Source: Gammaproteobacteria bacterium
Lineage (GTDB): Bacteria; Pseudomonadota; Gammaproteobacteria; SG8-11
Assembly: GCA_031363085.1 (NCBI GenBank)
Contig: JANLTU010000036.1
Span: forward strand, 3,415 to 67,414
Direction of reading: 5' to 3'
Length of the DNA stretch: 64,000 bases
Positions 41,676 through 51,480 of this stretch are shown here, piece by piece (positions within the stretch are counted from its first letter, which is position 1; every line of letters starts with the position of its first letter). Position numbers and translations under genes: made by a program. The notes under the pieces are model-generated. The model did no database searches. It saw nothing but the letters and a program-made list of their open reading frames with translations, and had not been told where the DNA came from.

Positions 41676-41706
41676 CGCCTGGAATCTGCCGTAGAGGAGT
41701 GTAGCC

Positions 41707-42006
41707 ATGAACTTAATTCGAGTAGCCGCAGTGGGTTTGGGCATGCTAATGCAAACCGCAATTGCCGCCGATGCGCCGGTCGAAATGGAAGGTACGACCA
41801 TTCGCGGCGCAAGCGAGCTGCCCAAAGTGTTGTACATCGTGCCGTGGAAAAAAGCCGATATGGGTGATGTATCAATCCAGCCGGCGGACGATATATTCAA
41901 CGAAGAATTAGCGCCGCTGGATCGCGATATCTTTCGGCGTCAGGTGATGTTTTACGATCAATTGCAGAAAGACGCGAGTGTCGATACCAACGTCAAGAAA
42001 AAATAA
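41707..42006 (+). CDS. Small secreted protein (99 aa), unknown function
   Basis: A signal peptide (AIAADA) and a compact hydrophilic body, placed between the TPR genes and exbB. Confidence 0.55.
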   Translation: MNLIRVAAVGLGMLMQTAIAADAPVEMEGTTIRGASELPKVLYIVPWKKADMGDVSIQPADDIFNEELAPLDRDIFRRQVMFYDQLQKDASVDTNVKKK

Positions 42007-42043
42007 TTCGCGCGAATACATTTAAATCTTTCGAGGAGGCGTT

Positions 42044-42694
42044 ATGGATTTATTACCGTGGTCGATCAAGTTTTTCCAAGAAGGCGGGTTGGTCATGTAC
42101 CCCATCATGCTGATTCTTGCGATTGGTATCGGCATTGCGATTGAGCGCTATATCTTGCTCAGTTTGTCGAAGCGCAACAATACCAAGATGTGGGATCAAC
42201 TGATGCCATTGGTCAAGAACGGCGACTATCAGCAGGCGATGACCCTGAGCAACCGTTCCAAGTCCGACATCAGCAAAGTGCTGATGTACGGCCTGTCGCG
42301 CATCAAGGGTGCGCGCCGCCGCGAAGACATTGAAACTGCCATGGAAGAAGGCTTGATGGAAATCACACCGCGCCTGGAAAAGCGTACCCACTATCTGTCG
42401 ATGTTCGCCAACATCGCTACCTTGCTTGGCTTGCTGGGCACCGTCAGCGGCTTGATTCAGGCGTTTACGGCGGTGGCACAGGCGAATCCATCCGAAAAAG
42501 CCGAACTGCTGTCCGCCAGTATTTCCATCGCCATGAACGCCACCGCGTTCGGGTTGACCACGGCGATTCCGTTGTTGCTGGCCTATACCATTTTACAAAC
42601 CAAAACCACGGAGTTGGTTGACAGCCTGGAAATGGCCTCGGTGAAGTTCATCAATATGATCATGGAGCGCGCAACGGTGGGCGGTAGCCACTGA
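42044..42694 (+). CDS. exbB: MotA/TolQ/ExbB proton-channel family protein
   Basis: Three TM helices with a conserved C-terminal TolQ/ExbB region. Confidence 0.85.
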   Translation: MDLLPWSIKFFQEGGLVMYPIMLILAIGIGIAIERYILLSLSKRNNTKMWDQLMPLVKNGDYQQAMTLSNRSKSDISKVLMYGLSRIKGARRREDIETAMEEGLMEITPRLEKRTHYLSMFANIATLLGLLGTVSGLIQAFTAVAQANPSEKAELLSASISIAMNATAFGLTTAIPLLLAYTILQTKTTELVDSLEMASVKFINMIMERATVGGSH

Positions 42695-43194
42695 TGTCGC
42701 GCCGTCGTCGCCACGACAAGCATAAGAAGGCGTCGGAACTCAACATCATCGCGTTTTTGAACATCATGGTGATTTTGATTCCGTTCCTGCTGGTCACAGC
42801 GGTGTTCTCGCGTACCAATATTTTGGAGCTGAACATTCCGTCGGCCGGCCCCGCCAATTTGCCCCTTGATGCCAAGGCCGACATGCAGTTGGTCGTCACG
42901 CTGCGGCGCACCGGTATCGATATCGGCGACACCGTTGGCGGCTTGATCAAGCAGTTGCCCAAGTCCGCCAAGGGCTATGATTTTCGTCAATTGTCGAAAG
43001 TCCTCGCTCAAGTCAAGCTCCGCTTCCCTGATAAAAAGAACGCCGCGATCCTGGTTGAGCCTGACATGTCCTACGAATTCCTGGTCCAGACCATGGACGC
43101 GGTACGTTCCTATGAACAAGTGACGGGAGCGACCGTCGAGCGCGCGGAGTTATTCCCCGAAATTTCCATCGGCGATGCGCCGGTGGCAGAGTAG
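42694..43194 (+). CDS. exbD: ExbD/TolR biopolymer transport protein (paralog 1)
   Basis: A single N-terminal TM (NIIAFLNIMVILIPFLL) and an ExbD periplasmic domain. Start overlaps the exbB stop. Confidence 0.85.
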   Translation: MSRRRRHDKHKKASELNIIAFLNIMVILIPFLLVTAVFSRTNILELNIPSAGPANLPLDAKADMQLVVTLRRTGIDIGDTVGGLIKQLPKSAKGYDFRQLSKVLAQVKLRFPDKKNAAILVEPDMSYEFLVQTMDAVRSYEQVTGATVERAELFPEISIGDAPVAE

Positions 43195-43206
43195 AGGAAC
43201 GAGAAC

Positions 43207-43722
43207 ATGAAGACTTCACGGCGCGTGCAGCGCATGGAACGCCACCACAAGCGCAATCGACATCATGTTGAGTTGAACATCGTGGCGCTGATGGACATCT
43301 TTACGCTGCTGGTGTTTTTTCTGTTGGTCAATGTGTCTTCCGATACCTCGCTACCGAATGCCAAGTCGATCAAGCTGCCGGAGTCAGTGGCGGAAAATAA
43401 GCCCAAGGAAACCTTGATTCTTATCGTCGGCGACAAAGACATCGTGCTGGGTGGGCGCAAGGTCGCCGATGTTGCGAGCGTCCTCGGATCAAAGTCAGAT
43501 TTGATCATCGCGCTGAAAGCCGAGCTGGAATTACAGGCACGCATGTTGGTGAAAAAAACTAACCCCGACGGCACGCCGGTGAATGGCGAGATCACCATCA
43601 TGGGCGACAAAGAAATTCCCTATCGCCTGCTGAAGAAAATTATGGTCACTTGCACGCAAGCGCAGTACGGCAATATTAAATTGGCGGTAACGCAGAAGAG
43701 CGAAGCCAAGGGCAAGGGGTAA
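43207..43722 (+). CDS. exbD: ExbD/TolR biopolymer transport protein (paralog 2)
   Basis: A single TM (NIVALMDIFTLLVFFLL) and an ExbD periplasmic domain. Confidence 0.85.
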   Translation: MKTSRRVQRMERHHKRNRHHVELNIVALMDIFTLLVFFLLVNVSSDTSLPNAKSIKLPESVAENKPKETLILIVGDKDIVLGGRKVADVASVLGSKSDLIIALKAELELQARMLVKKTNPDGTPVNGEITIMGDKEIPYRLLKKIMVTCTQAQYGNIKLAVTQKSEAKGKG

Positions 43723-43729
43723 TAGTGTC

Positions 43730-44725
43730 GTGACCGATTACTACCACTCAAATGTTTTGCCATGGACCTTCGTTCCCGAAGAGGAGCGCATCTTCCGGCG
43801 CGTGATTCAGGTTGCGCTGGTTATTTATTTGGTCGTGGTGATTGCGGCTTCGGTTATTTATGTGCCCAAGCCGGAACGCTCCGCCGCGCAGCCCTTGCCG
43901 CCGCAGCTCGCCAAGCTGATTCTTGAGCGCGAGAAACCCAAGCCCAAGCCGCCGGAAATCAAAGAAGAAAAAAAACCGGAGCCAAAAAAAGAAGTTGAAA
44001 AACCCAAGCCGGAAGAAAAAAAGAAGCCTGAAAAAAAGGTCGAGGAAAAGAAGCCCGAACCGGTAAAAGAAAATGTACCGCCGAAAGTGGACCTCGAAGC
44101 GGCGCGTAAAAAAGCCGCCAAATCCGGCTTGTTGGCGTTGTCCGATGATTTGGCCGATTTACGTGAAGCGCCCACCGTCAATTTAAGTAAAAGTGTTGGC
44201 GTAACCAAGAATGTTGCATCCGCAAAAGAGTCAACATCGGCCCCGCAGCTCTTGACGCAAACTCGGGCCGGCAGTGGCGGGGTAGATACACGTGCGTTAA
44301 CTTCCGGCATTGCCAGCCGTCGCATTGGCAGTGGCGGCGACTTGCAGGGACGCGCAACCGAGCAGGTCGACAGCCCGGTGGAAGCGCAGGCGAAATTAGA
44401 GGCCAAGTCGCCGAATAAGGCGAATCGGATTTTGCCGCGTAGCGATGAGGAAATTCAGTTGATCTTCCAGCGTTACAAAGGCGCAATTACGCAAATATAT
44501 CAACGTGCCCGGCGCGAGGATTCCTCGCTTAAAGGACGAGCGGTATTTGAGATCACCATTGAGCCTTCAGGCGCGGTCAGTGCGTGTAAGGTATTGTCGA
44601 GTGAATTAAATGCACCGGATTTAATGGCAAAAGTCGTGGCCCGAATCAAGACCATTAATTTTGGCGCCAAAGACGTGCCCGTATTTACGATTAGCTATCC
44701 ACTCGATTTCGTACCTACAGATTAA
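43730..44725 (+). CDS. TonB-family energy transducer (331 aa) with Pro/Lys/Glu-rich spacer
   Basis: An N-terminal TM anchor, a (EKPKP/EEKKKPE) rigid linker and a C-terminal TonB_C-like domain. GTG start at 43730. Confidence 0.75.
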   Translation: MTDYYHSNVLPWTFVPEEERIFRRVIQVALVIYLVVVIAASVIYVPKPERSAAQPLPPQLAKLILEREKPKPKPPEIKEEKKPEPKKEVEKPKPEEKKKPEKKVEEKKPEPVKENVPPKVDLEAARKKAAKSGLLALSDDLADLREAPTVNLSKSVGVTKNVASAKESTSAPQLLTQTRAGSGGVDTRALTSGIASRRIGSGGDLQGRATEQVDSPVEAQAKLEAKSPNKANRILPRSDEEIQLIFQRYKGAITQIYQRARREDSSLKGRAVFEITIEPSGAVSACKVLSSELNAPDLMAKVVARIKTINFGAKDVPVFTISYPLDFVPTD

Positions 44726-44956
44726 TGCTCAAATTGGTTTAAGCGAAACGAGCTACGAATTTGAAACGAAGGCAGGTGCAGTGTAAAAATACAGTGCGGG
44801 AATCTACGTCGTCTTGCAGATGGAAATTTATTAGCGGTTTTATTCCATTACCAATTTAAAACGAGACTAGACGCCCCGCCACAGACAGTGCAGTTGCACG
44901 GCAAGGCGGGGCAACAATGTATCGTTTTAAATTGGCACTGGAATTAGCCGTCTTAT

Positions 44957-45199
44957 TCAAGCTAATACGTCAAGCAGCGTCCCCAGTGTTTCATCGGCGG
45001 CTTTCACCACCTTCGCCGATGCGGCCACTTGCAGCTTGTCGAGCACGAGGTTGGTCAGCGGTTGCGCGAGGTCAGCAGAGGATTCATTTTTCATTTGTTT
45101 GGCGCTGGCGATTTGAGCCGCGTCGCGGTTTAAGCCGTCGAGTCCTTTCTGAATGCCCATCACACCACTGCTTAACGCGGAAATACTACTCATACGCAT
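44957..45199 (-). CDS. Small protein (80 aa), YjfB-like (putative motility protein family) with flagellar-rod-like N-terminal motif
   Basis: N-terminus MSSISALSSGVMGIQKGLDGLNRDAAQIA and C-terminus LGTLLDVLA, the latter reminiscent of PF14070-type small proteins. It is the last gene of the HAD/btuCD-like operon. Confidence 0.4.
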   Translation of the reverse strand: MRMSSISALSSGVMGIQKGLDGLNRDAAQIASAKQMKNESSADLAQPLTNLVLDKLQVAASAKVVKAADETLGTLLDVLA

Positions 45200-45250
45200 C
45201 TACCTTTGGTTGGTCTTACCTCTTTTGGTCGTCCACTGTCGTGAGTTTCT

Positions 45251-46024
45251 TTAGCCCGGTATAAACATTTTACCGTGGGCGGTGACGACCTGCTGCATTG
45301 CGTGTTGCAACAGGCGCGTCAGGTTGTCTTCGTTGAGCATCTCGGCGGTTGGCCCGTGCAGTGTGACGCCCTCACCAAACAGCAACAGTACATGATCACA
45401 AAAACGCGCGGCAAGATTGATGTCATGCAAGCTCACCACCAGTGCTTGGCCGCGCCGCGTGATGCTTCGCAATAACTCGAAGCAGCGAATCTGGTGATGC
45501 ACATCCAAATGATTGGTGGGCTCGTCGAGCAAGTATATGACCGGGTCTTGCGTCAGCACGGTGGCCAAATGTGCGCGGCGGCGCTCGCCGCCCGACAAGC
45601 TATTCAGATCACGCTGTTCCAGCGCGGTAATCTCCAGCGACGCAAGCGCGCTGCGCGCACGTTGCAGGTCGTGTGCGGTTTCCCACTGCCAGGAATGTAA
45701 ATACGGGTGCCGGCCCATCAGCGCAGTGTGCAACACGTCGCTGGCAAACACGTCGGTGTAGTCCTGCAACAGCACGCCCATCTGCTGCGCTATCGTGCAG
45801 CGGGTTAATGTCGACAACCGCTGCCCGCGTAAAAAAACCGATCCGCGTTGCGGCGTGCGTAATCCCGCCAGCGTATGCAGCAGCGTGCTTTTGCCCACGC
45901 CATTGCGACCCAGAATGGCCCAGCACTCGCCGGGTTCAATACGCAGGTTAAGGGCAGCGCAGACCTGAGTGTCGGCGATGGTGACCACGAGCTCACGGCA
46001 TTCAAGTAACGCCGATGTGTTCAT
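45251..46024 (-). CDS. ABC transporter ATP-binding protein, iron-siderophore/cobalamin (FecE/BtuD) type
   Basis: Walker A GRNGVGKST, signature LSGGERRR and Walker B LLDEPT. Confidence 0.85.
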   Translation of the reverse strand: MNTSALLECRELVVTIADTQVCAALNLRIEPGECWAILGRNGVGKSTLLHTLAGLRTPQRGSVFLRGQRLSTLTRCTIAQQMGVLLQDYTDVFASDVLHTALMGRHPYLHSWQWETAHDLQRARSALASLEITALEQRDLNSLSGGERRRAHLATVLTQDPVIYLLDEPTNHLDVHHQIRCFELLRSITRRGQALVVSLHDINLAARFCDHVLLLFGEGVTLHGPTAEMLNEDNLTRLLQHAMQQVVTAHGKMFIPG

Positions 46025-46989
46025 GTGGCGTTGCGCCGCAGCAAATAAAGAAACAACGGAATCCCCAGTAACGCGGTGATGACGCCGACCGGCAATTGCA
46101 GTGGTGCGACGATACTGCGCGCGACCGTGTCGGCGACGATCAACAAGTTACCGCCGAGCAAGACTGCTGCGATTAGTAAAAAGCGGTGGTCATGGCCGGT
46201 GAGCATGCGTGCGAGGTGCGGCGCCACCAGCCCGACAAAGCCGACGTTGCCTACGGCGGTAACCGCGAGTGCCGCCAGCAATGAGGTCAACAGATAAATA
46301 ACCACACGCAGCCGTTCGGTGTGCACCCCCAGTGCAGCGGCTTGCAGATCGCCGTGGGCGAGCACGTTCAAATCGCGTGCTTGCAGCAGCGCCAGCGTCG
46401 TGCCGACGAGCAGTGCGGTCCATTCCACGCGCGCCGACTCCAGGTAGGAAAAATCGCCCATCAGCCAAAACAACATGCCGCGCAGATTCGACTCCGGCGC
46501 CAGCGCAAGAATCAAGCTGATCAAGGCACCCCAACCGGTGGCGAGGATCACGCCGGTTAACAGCAGTCGCACCGGCGACCAAGCACCACGCCCGTGCGCT
46601 ACGGCAAAGACCAGTAACATCGCGCACAGTGCACCACCGAAGGCGATGCTGCGCAGCAGCACGCCACTCAAACCCAACCAGAGCCCGATCAGTGCTGCGC
46701 AGGCGGCACCGCCGGAAATGCCTAAAATATAGGGGTCAGCGAGTGGGTTGCGCACCAGCACTTGCATCAGCGCGCCGGCCAGTGCCAAACAACCCCCAAT
46801 CGCAAACGCACCGAGCACGCGCGGAAGACGCAGCTCGACGATGGGCGTGGCGTCGGTTGGCGCAAGCCACAGCGCGTGGATTAAATCGGTGAGGGTGACC
46901 GGTACCGCGCCGATCAGCAGGCAGGCAAGCATTAGCGCCGGAGTGATCATGGTTAATGTCGCAACCGTAGCCAGTGCGCGGCGTGACAT
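46021..46989 (-). CDS. FecCD-family ABC permease (BtuC/HmuU-like)
   Basis: 322-aa polytopic FecCD-type fold. Overlaps the downstream ATPase start by 4 nt. Confidence 0.85.
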   Translation of the reverse strand: MSRRALATVATLTMITPALMLACLLIGAVPVTLTDLIHALWLAPTDATPIVELRLPRVLGAFAIGGCLALAGALMQVLVRNPLADPYILGISGGAACAALIGLWLGLSGVLLRSIAFGGALCAMLLVFAVAHGRGAWSPVRLLLTGVILATGWGALISLILALAPESNLRGMLFWLMGDFSYLESARVEWTALLVGTTLALLQARDLNVLAHGDLQAAALGVHTERLRVVIYLLTSLLAALAVTAVGNVGFVGLVAPHLARMLTGHDHRFLLIAAVLLGGNLLIVADTVARSIVAPLQLPVGVITALLGIPLFLYLLRRNAT

Positions 46990-47682
46990 TTAACGAGAGA
47001 ATTCCGGAATGCGCGGCAGCGGCGTAACGCCGCGTAAACTCAGCAGCGGCCAACCTTTCATTTCAGCGTGCTGCGTCAGCGTGTCGTCGGCGTCGACGGC
47101 GACCGGATGCGTCACCAATTCCAGCAACGGCAAGTCATTGTGCGAGTCGCTGTAAAACCAACTGCGCGCCAGATTTTTCTGTTGTCGGATGAGCCACTGC
47201 TGCAAACGCGTGACCTTGCCGTCACGAAAGCTGGGTGTGCCCACGACCGCGCCAGTAAAGCGCCCGTTCTTGAATTCAGGATCAGTGGCGATCAGATCGT
47301 CGACGCGCAGTTCGGCCGCAATCGGCTCGGTAATGAAATGGTTGGTCGCGGTGATGATAAGCAAGTAGTGGCCCGCATCGCGGTGCGCGCGCAACAGCGT
47401 GCGGCTGGCCGGGGTGATGAGGGGCAGAATTTTATCACGCACAAATTGTTGGCGCAGTGCCAACAGGCGGGCAAGATCGGTGTCGGCCAACGGGCGCAGA
47501 CTGAAGCGCAGAAACTCCTGAATATCCAGGGTGCCGGCACGATATTCCTGGTAAAAGCGCTCGTTTTCACGCTCGTACCATGTGCGCTCCACCAGCCCCT
47601 GTTCAATCATGAACTGTCCCCACAGGTAGTCGCTATCGCCTGCCAGCAGGGTGTTGTCCAAGTCAAAAATCGCAAGATTCAA
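46990..47682 (-). CDS. HAD-IB family hydrolase (SerB-like phosphatase)
   Basis: HAD motif I FDLDNTL plus downstream HAD-IB motifs. First gene of the operon. Confidence 0.75.
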   Translation of the reverse strand: MNLAIFDLDNTLLAGDSDYLWGQFMIEQGLVERTWYERENERFYQEYRAGTLDIQEFLRFSLRPLADTDLARLLALRQQFVRDKILPLITPASRTLLRAHRDAGHYLLIITATNHFITEPIAAELRVDDLIATDPEFKNGRFTGAVVGTPSFRDGKVTRLQQWLIRQQKNLARSWFYSDSHNDLPLLELVTHPVAVDADDTLTQHAEMKGWPLLSLRGVTPLPRIPEFSR

Positions 47683-47850
47683 GTGCCGGGTCTCATGGTG
47701 GTGGGTTGCATGGCTTATTCGCCCCTATTCTTAAGTGCGCACAATGGGTTAAGGTGTGGCATCGGCAGTGCGCGCGGCAAATTTGCCCGGTGCGCACGGT
47801 TTGTGGAAAAATCATAAAGGCTATCGGCCTTCAAACAAAGCGTAAACATT

Positions 47851-48381
47851 GTGATCGACGAAGACGGCTTCAGACTCAACGTAGGCATCATTCTGAGCAA
47901 TCAGGATGGCCGCGTATTTTGGGCGCGCCGCGTGGGTCGCAACGTCTGGCAGTTTCCGCAGGGCGGCATTCAACCCAACGAGACTCCGGAGCAAGCGGTG
48001 ATTCGCGAGTTGCGCGAAGAAACCGGTTTGTGCGCCGCACATGTGCAAATCATCGGGTGTACGCAGGAGTGGCTGCGCTATCGCTTACCCAGCCGCTTAG
48101 TGCGTCGTGGTGCGATGCCCGTGTGCATCGGGCAGAAACAGCGTTGGTATGCGTTGCGTCTGCTCGACAGCGATGCACCGGTGCGCTTCGACGTGACCGA
48201 CACTCCTGAGTTCGATTACTGGAAGTGGGTTAACTACTGGCACCCGCTCAAGGAGGTGGTTGCTTTCAAGCGCAAAGTCTACGAAAGCGCGTTGCACGAA
48301 CTACAGCCCCTGCTGTGTCCCGAGATGGATGTGCGTCGGGTTTCCCATCCACAACTGGTGTTGGGAGCCCGTCACAAATAG
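47851..48381 (+). CDS. rppH: RNA pyrophosphohydrolase RppH (Nudix)
   Basis: Nudix box [25 protein letters not shown] start. Conserved rppH-ptsP pairing. Confidence 0.85.
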   Translation: MIDEDGFRLNVGIILSNQDGRVFWARRVGRNVWQFPQGGIQPNETPEQAVIRELREETGLCAAHVQIIGCTQEWLRYRLPSRLVRRGAMPVCIGQKQRWYALRLLDSDAPVRFDVTDTPEFDYWKWVNYWHPLKEVVAFKRKVYESALHELQPLLCPEMDVRRVSHPQLVLGARHK

Positions 48382-48411
48382 CTGTTAAACCGTAGATTCG
48401 TCTGGTACGAC

Positions 48412-50679
48412 ATGCTCGATATTCTGCGCCGCATTGTTCAAGAGGTCAGTGCTGCCCGTGACCTCGGGCAGGCCTTGAATATCATCGTGCGCCGGGTGCG
48501 CCATGCCATGGACGCAGATGTCTGTTCTGTTTACCTCACCGATTTCAACGAACAAACTTATGTGCTGATGGCCACCGAAGGACTCCACCCCGAGTCCGTG
48601 GGTACGGTGCGCCTGGGATTCTCCGAGGGCCTGGTCGGCGTGGTGGGCATGCGCGAAGAGCCCATCAATATCGACGACGCCACGGAAGATCCGCATTACC
48701 GTTATTTTCCGCAAACCGGTGAAGAACACTATCCGGCCTTCCTGGGCGTGCCCATTGTGCATAGCCGCAAAGTATTAGGCGTGTTGGTGGTGCAGCGACG
48801 CACCGCGCAGAAATTCACCGAGAACGGCGAAGCCTTGTTGGTGACAGTGGCCGCGCAACTCGCGGGCGCAATCGCGCATGCCGAAGCCAGTGGCGGAGTT
48901 GGCGGGCTTGCTAACGGCAGTCTGCGTTACTCGATCCCGCTGGCGGGCTTACCCGGGGCGCCAGGTGTTGCCATTGGTACCGCCGTGGTGGTGTATCCAC
49001 CGGCTGATCTGGATGCCGTGCCTGATCGTCAAGTCGAAGACTACGCTGCCGAAGAGGCGGTATTTTTGGCCGCAATTGAAGCGGTGCGTGTGGATATCAA
49101 CGCTCTGGTGCAACGCATGACGGATGTGTTGCCGGCCGAAGACCGCGCCTTGTTCGATGCGTACTTGCTGATGCTCAGCAGTGACAGCTTGTTAAACAAC
49201 ACGCGTCAACGCATTCAGACGGGGCAGTGGGCGTCGGCGGCCTTGCGCGATACCATTCACGAGCACGTGCACGTCTTTGACAATATGGAAGACCCGTATC
49301 TGCGTGAGCGTGCCGAAGACGTGCGCGACCTGGGCCGACGCATTTTGATGCATATGCAACGCGGCGCACGCGGCGGATTTAAATACCCCGACGACACGAT
49401 TTTAATCGGCGATGTCATCACCGCGTCGGTATTGGCGGAAGTGCCTCCGGAATGTCTGAAGGGTGTTGTCAGTACGCGCGGCTCGACCACCTCGCATGTG
49501 GCGATCCTGGCGCATGCGCTGAACATTCCGGCGGTGATGGGTGCTGCCGATTTACCGGTGAGCCAAGTCGACGGCAAAAATATCATCGTCGACGGTTATC
49601 GCGGCCGCGTATTTGTGTCGCCGGCGAAGAGTGTGTTGGACGAATACGCGCGCGTGGTGCGTGAACAGGCGGCGTTGTCGGCCGAGTTGCTCAACCTGCG
49701 CGACCTGCCGGCGGAAACCACTGACGGCGTGCGCTTGCCGCTTTATGTCAATACCGGGCTACTTGCCGACCTCACCTCGGCGCGCAACATCGGTGCCGAA
49801 GGCGTGGGGCTGTACCGTACCGAATTTCCGTTCATGATCCGCGAACGTTTTCCAAGCGAAGAAGAACAGCGCCTCGTCTATCGCAACATGCTGGAAGCGG
49901 TAGCGCCCAAACCGGTGACCATGCGCACGCTGGATATCGGCGGCGACAAAGCGTTGCCGTATTTTCCGATCAAGGAAGACAACCCGTTTCTGGGCTGGCG
50001 GGGCATGCGCATCACGCTCGACCACCCGGAAATATTTCTGGTGCAATTGCGCGCAATGTTGCGTGCCAACGCCGGCTTGAACAACATGAAGTTGTTGCTG
50101 CCGATGATCACCAACGTGGCGGAGGTTGACGAGGCGCTGCGCCTGCTGCGGCGCGCACACCACGAGCTGATCGACGGCGACGAGAGCATTGCCATGCCGC
50201 AAGTCGGCGTGATGATCGAAGTGCCGTCGGCGGTGTATCAAACCGCGTTGCTGGCGCAACGCGTGGATTTCATTTCTGTGGGCACCAACGACTTGACGCA
50301 ATATCTGTTGGCGGTGGATCGCAACAATCCGCGCGTTGCCAATTTGTTCGACGCGCTGCACCCGGCAGTGTTGCGCGCGCTGGTTTACATCGTCGAGCAG
50401 GCGCATTTGCACGGCAAGCCGGTCACTGTGTGCGGCGAAATTGGCGGCGACCCACTGGCTGCATTGCTACTGCTTGGTATGGGTGTTGACAATTTAAGCA
50501 TGAACGTCGCCAGCCTGTTACGGGTGAAGTCGGTGATCCGCGCGTTCAGCGCGGAATATGCCCGTGAGTTATTGCACCATGCGCTCGACATGGAAAACCC
50601 ACGCATGATCCGACGCTTGCTAACCGATGCCTTGCAACGCCAGGGCTTAGGTGCGTTGGTGCAGTCAGGCGTCCATTAA
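48412..50679 (+). CDS. ptsP: Phosphoenolpyruvate-protein phosphotransferase PtsP (EI-Ntr) with N-terminal GAF domain
   Basis: An N-terminal GAF domain followed by a PEP-utilising enzyme with the catalytic His region (GSTTSHVAILAHAL) and TIM-barrel PEP-binding domain. Confidence 0.9.
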   Translation: MLDILRRIVQEVSAARDLGQALNIIVRRVRHAMDADVCSVYLTDFNEQTYVLMATEGLHPESVGTVRLGFSEGLVGVVGMREEPINIDDATEDPHYRYFPQTGEEHYPAFLGVPIVHSRKVLGVLVVQRRTAQKFTENGEALLVTVAAQLAGAIAHAEASGGVGGLANGSLRYSIPLAGLPGAPGVAIGTAVVVYPPADLDAVPDRQVEDYAAEEAVFLAAIEAVRVDINALVQRMTDVLPAEDRALFDAYLLMLSSDSLLNNTRQRIQTGQWASAALRDTIHEHVHVFDNMEDPYLRERAEDVRDLGRRILMHMQRGARGGFKYPDDTILIGDVITASVLAEVPPECLKGVVSTRGSTTSHVAILAHALNIPAVMGAADLPVSQVDGKNIIVDGYRGRVFVSPAKSVLDEYARVVREQAALSAELLNLRDLPAETTDGVRLPLYVNTGLLADLTSARNIGAEGVGLYRTEFPFMIRERFPSEEEQRLVYRNMLEAVAPKPVTMRTLDIGGDKALPYFPIKEDNPFLGWRGMRITLDHPEIFLVQLRAMLRANAGLNNMKLLLPMITNVAEVDEALRLLRRAHHELIDGDESIAMPQVGVMIEVPSAVYQTALLAQRVDFISVGTNDLTQYLLAVDRNNPRVANLFDALHPAVLRALVYIVEQAHLHGKPVTVCGEIGGDPLAALLLLGMGVDNLSMNVASLLRVKSVIRAFSAEYARELLHHALDMENPRMIRRLLTDALQRQGLGALVQSGVH

Positions 50680-50753
50680 ATCTGATTCGCTCGATCTAGT
50701 TGGAGTTGCTGAGAAACTTTGAGGTCGGTCGTCAATAGTGGACGCCATTCCCA

Positions 50754-51131
50754 TCAAGCAGATGCCTGTTGTTGACACTTCTGTGCAAACACGGCTGGAG
50801 CCAAGTAACCGAGTTTCGAATGCCATCGTTGCCGGTTGTAGAAGCTCTCGATGTACTCGGTGATCTCGCGCATCGCCTGCGCCCGTGTTTCGTAACGTCG
50901 GTGATGCACCAATTCATTCTTGAGTGTGCCCCAGAAGCTTTCCATCGGCGCATTGTCATAACAATTCCCTTTGCGACTCATCGAGCACTGCATGCCGAAT
51001 TGATCCAACAATCGGCGGTAGTCATGTGCGCAATACGGGCTGCCGCGATCGCTGTGGTGAATCAGCCCCGGTGGCGGTCGTTTGTGCACCACAGCGCCGA
51101 ACAGCGCGCGGGACACCCAGTCCTGGGTCAT
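50754..51131 (-). pseudogene. IS3-family transposase (OrfB, DDE integrase core) internal/C-terminal fragment
   Basis: LIHHSDRGSPY ... FWGTLKNE ... YNRQRWHSKLGYL are the D-D-E region motifs of IS3 OrfB. No N-terminus, OrfA or inverted repeats are present. Confidence 0.75.
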
Positions 51132-51352
51132 GCGCTCGTCGCGCGTTCGATCACCGTGCGTGGTACGCCCGCGAGCGCTGCGACTTGCAAGCCATAGCTT
51201 TGGCTTGCCGGGCCGTCATGCACGGCGTACATGAACACGATGTGGTCGCCGTGCCCGTGCGCGCGTGGTCCCGCTGGCAGGCCATTTTTGCCCGTGACGA
51301 AGTCGCCGTTGTCGGTGCCGAGCAACAGGGTCGCGTACGAGGGCACAGTCAT
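51128..51352 (-). pseudogene. mutS: mutS 3'-region remnant (about 45 codons strongly MutS-like), fused out of frame to the IS3 remnant
   Basis: [38 protein letters not shown] is ~70% identical to E. coli Mut[39 protein letters not shown]. The upstream part is degenerate. Confidence 0.6.
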
Positions 51353-51480
51353 GGGCTAAAGCAACGAGTAATCTCGTATCTGAGTCCGGCCGCTATGCCA
51401 TCACCAGTATCGAATGGCGGTGCGGACTGTAAGGTTCGTTGTTAAGATGAACACCGCAGTATTTTTGAATGGGAGGCACC

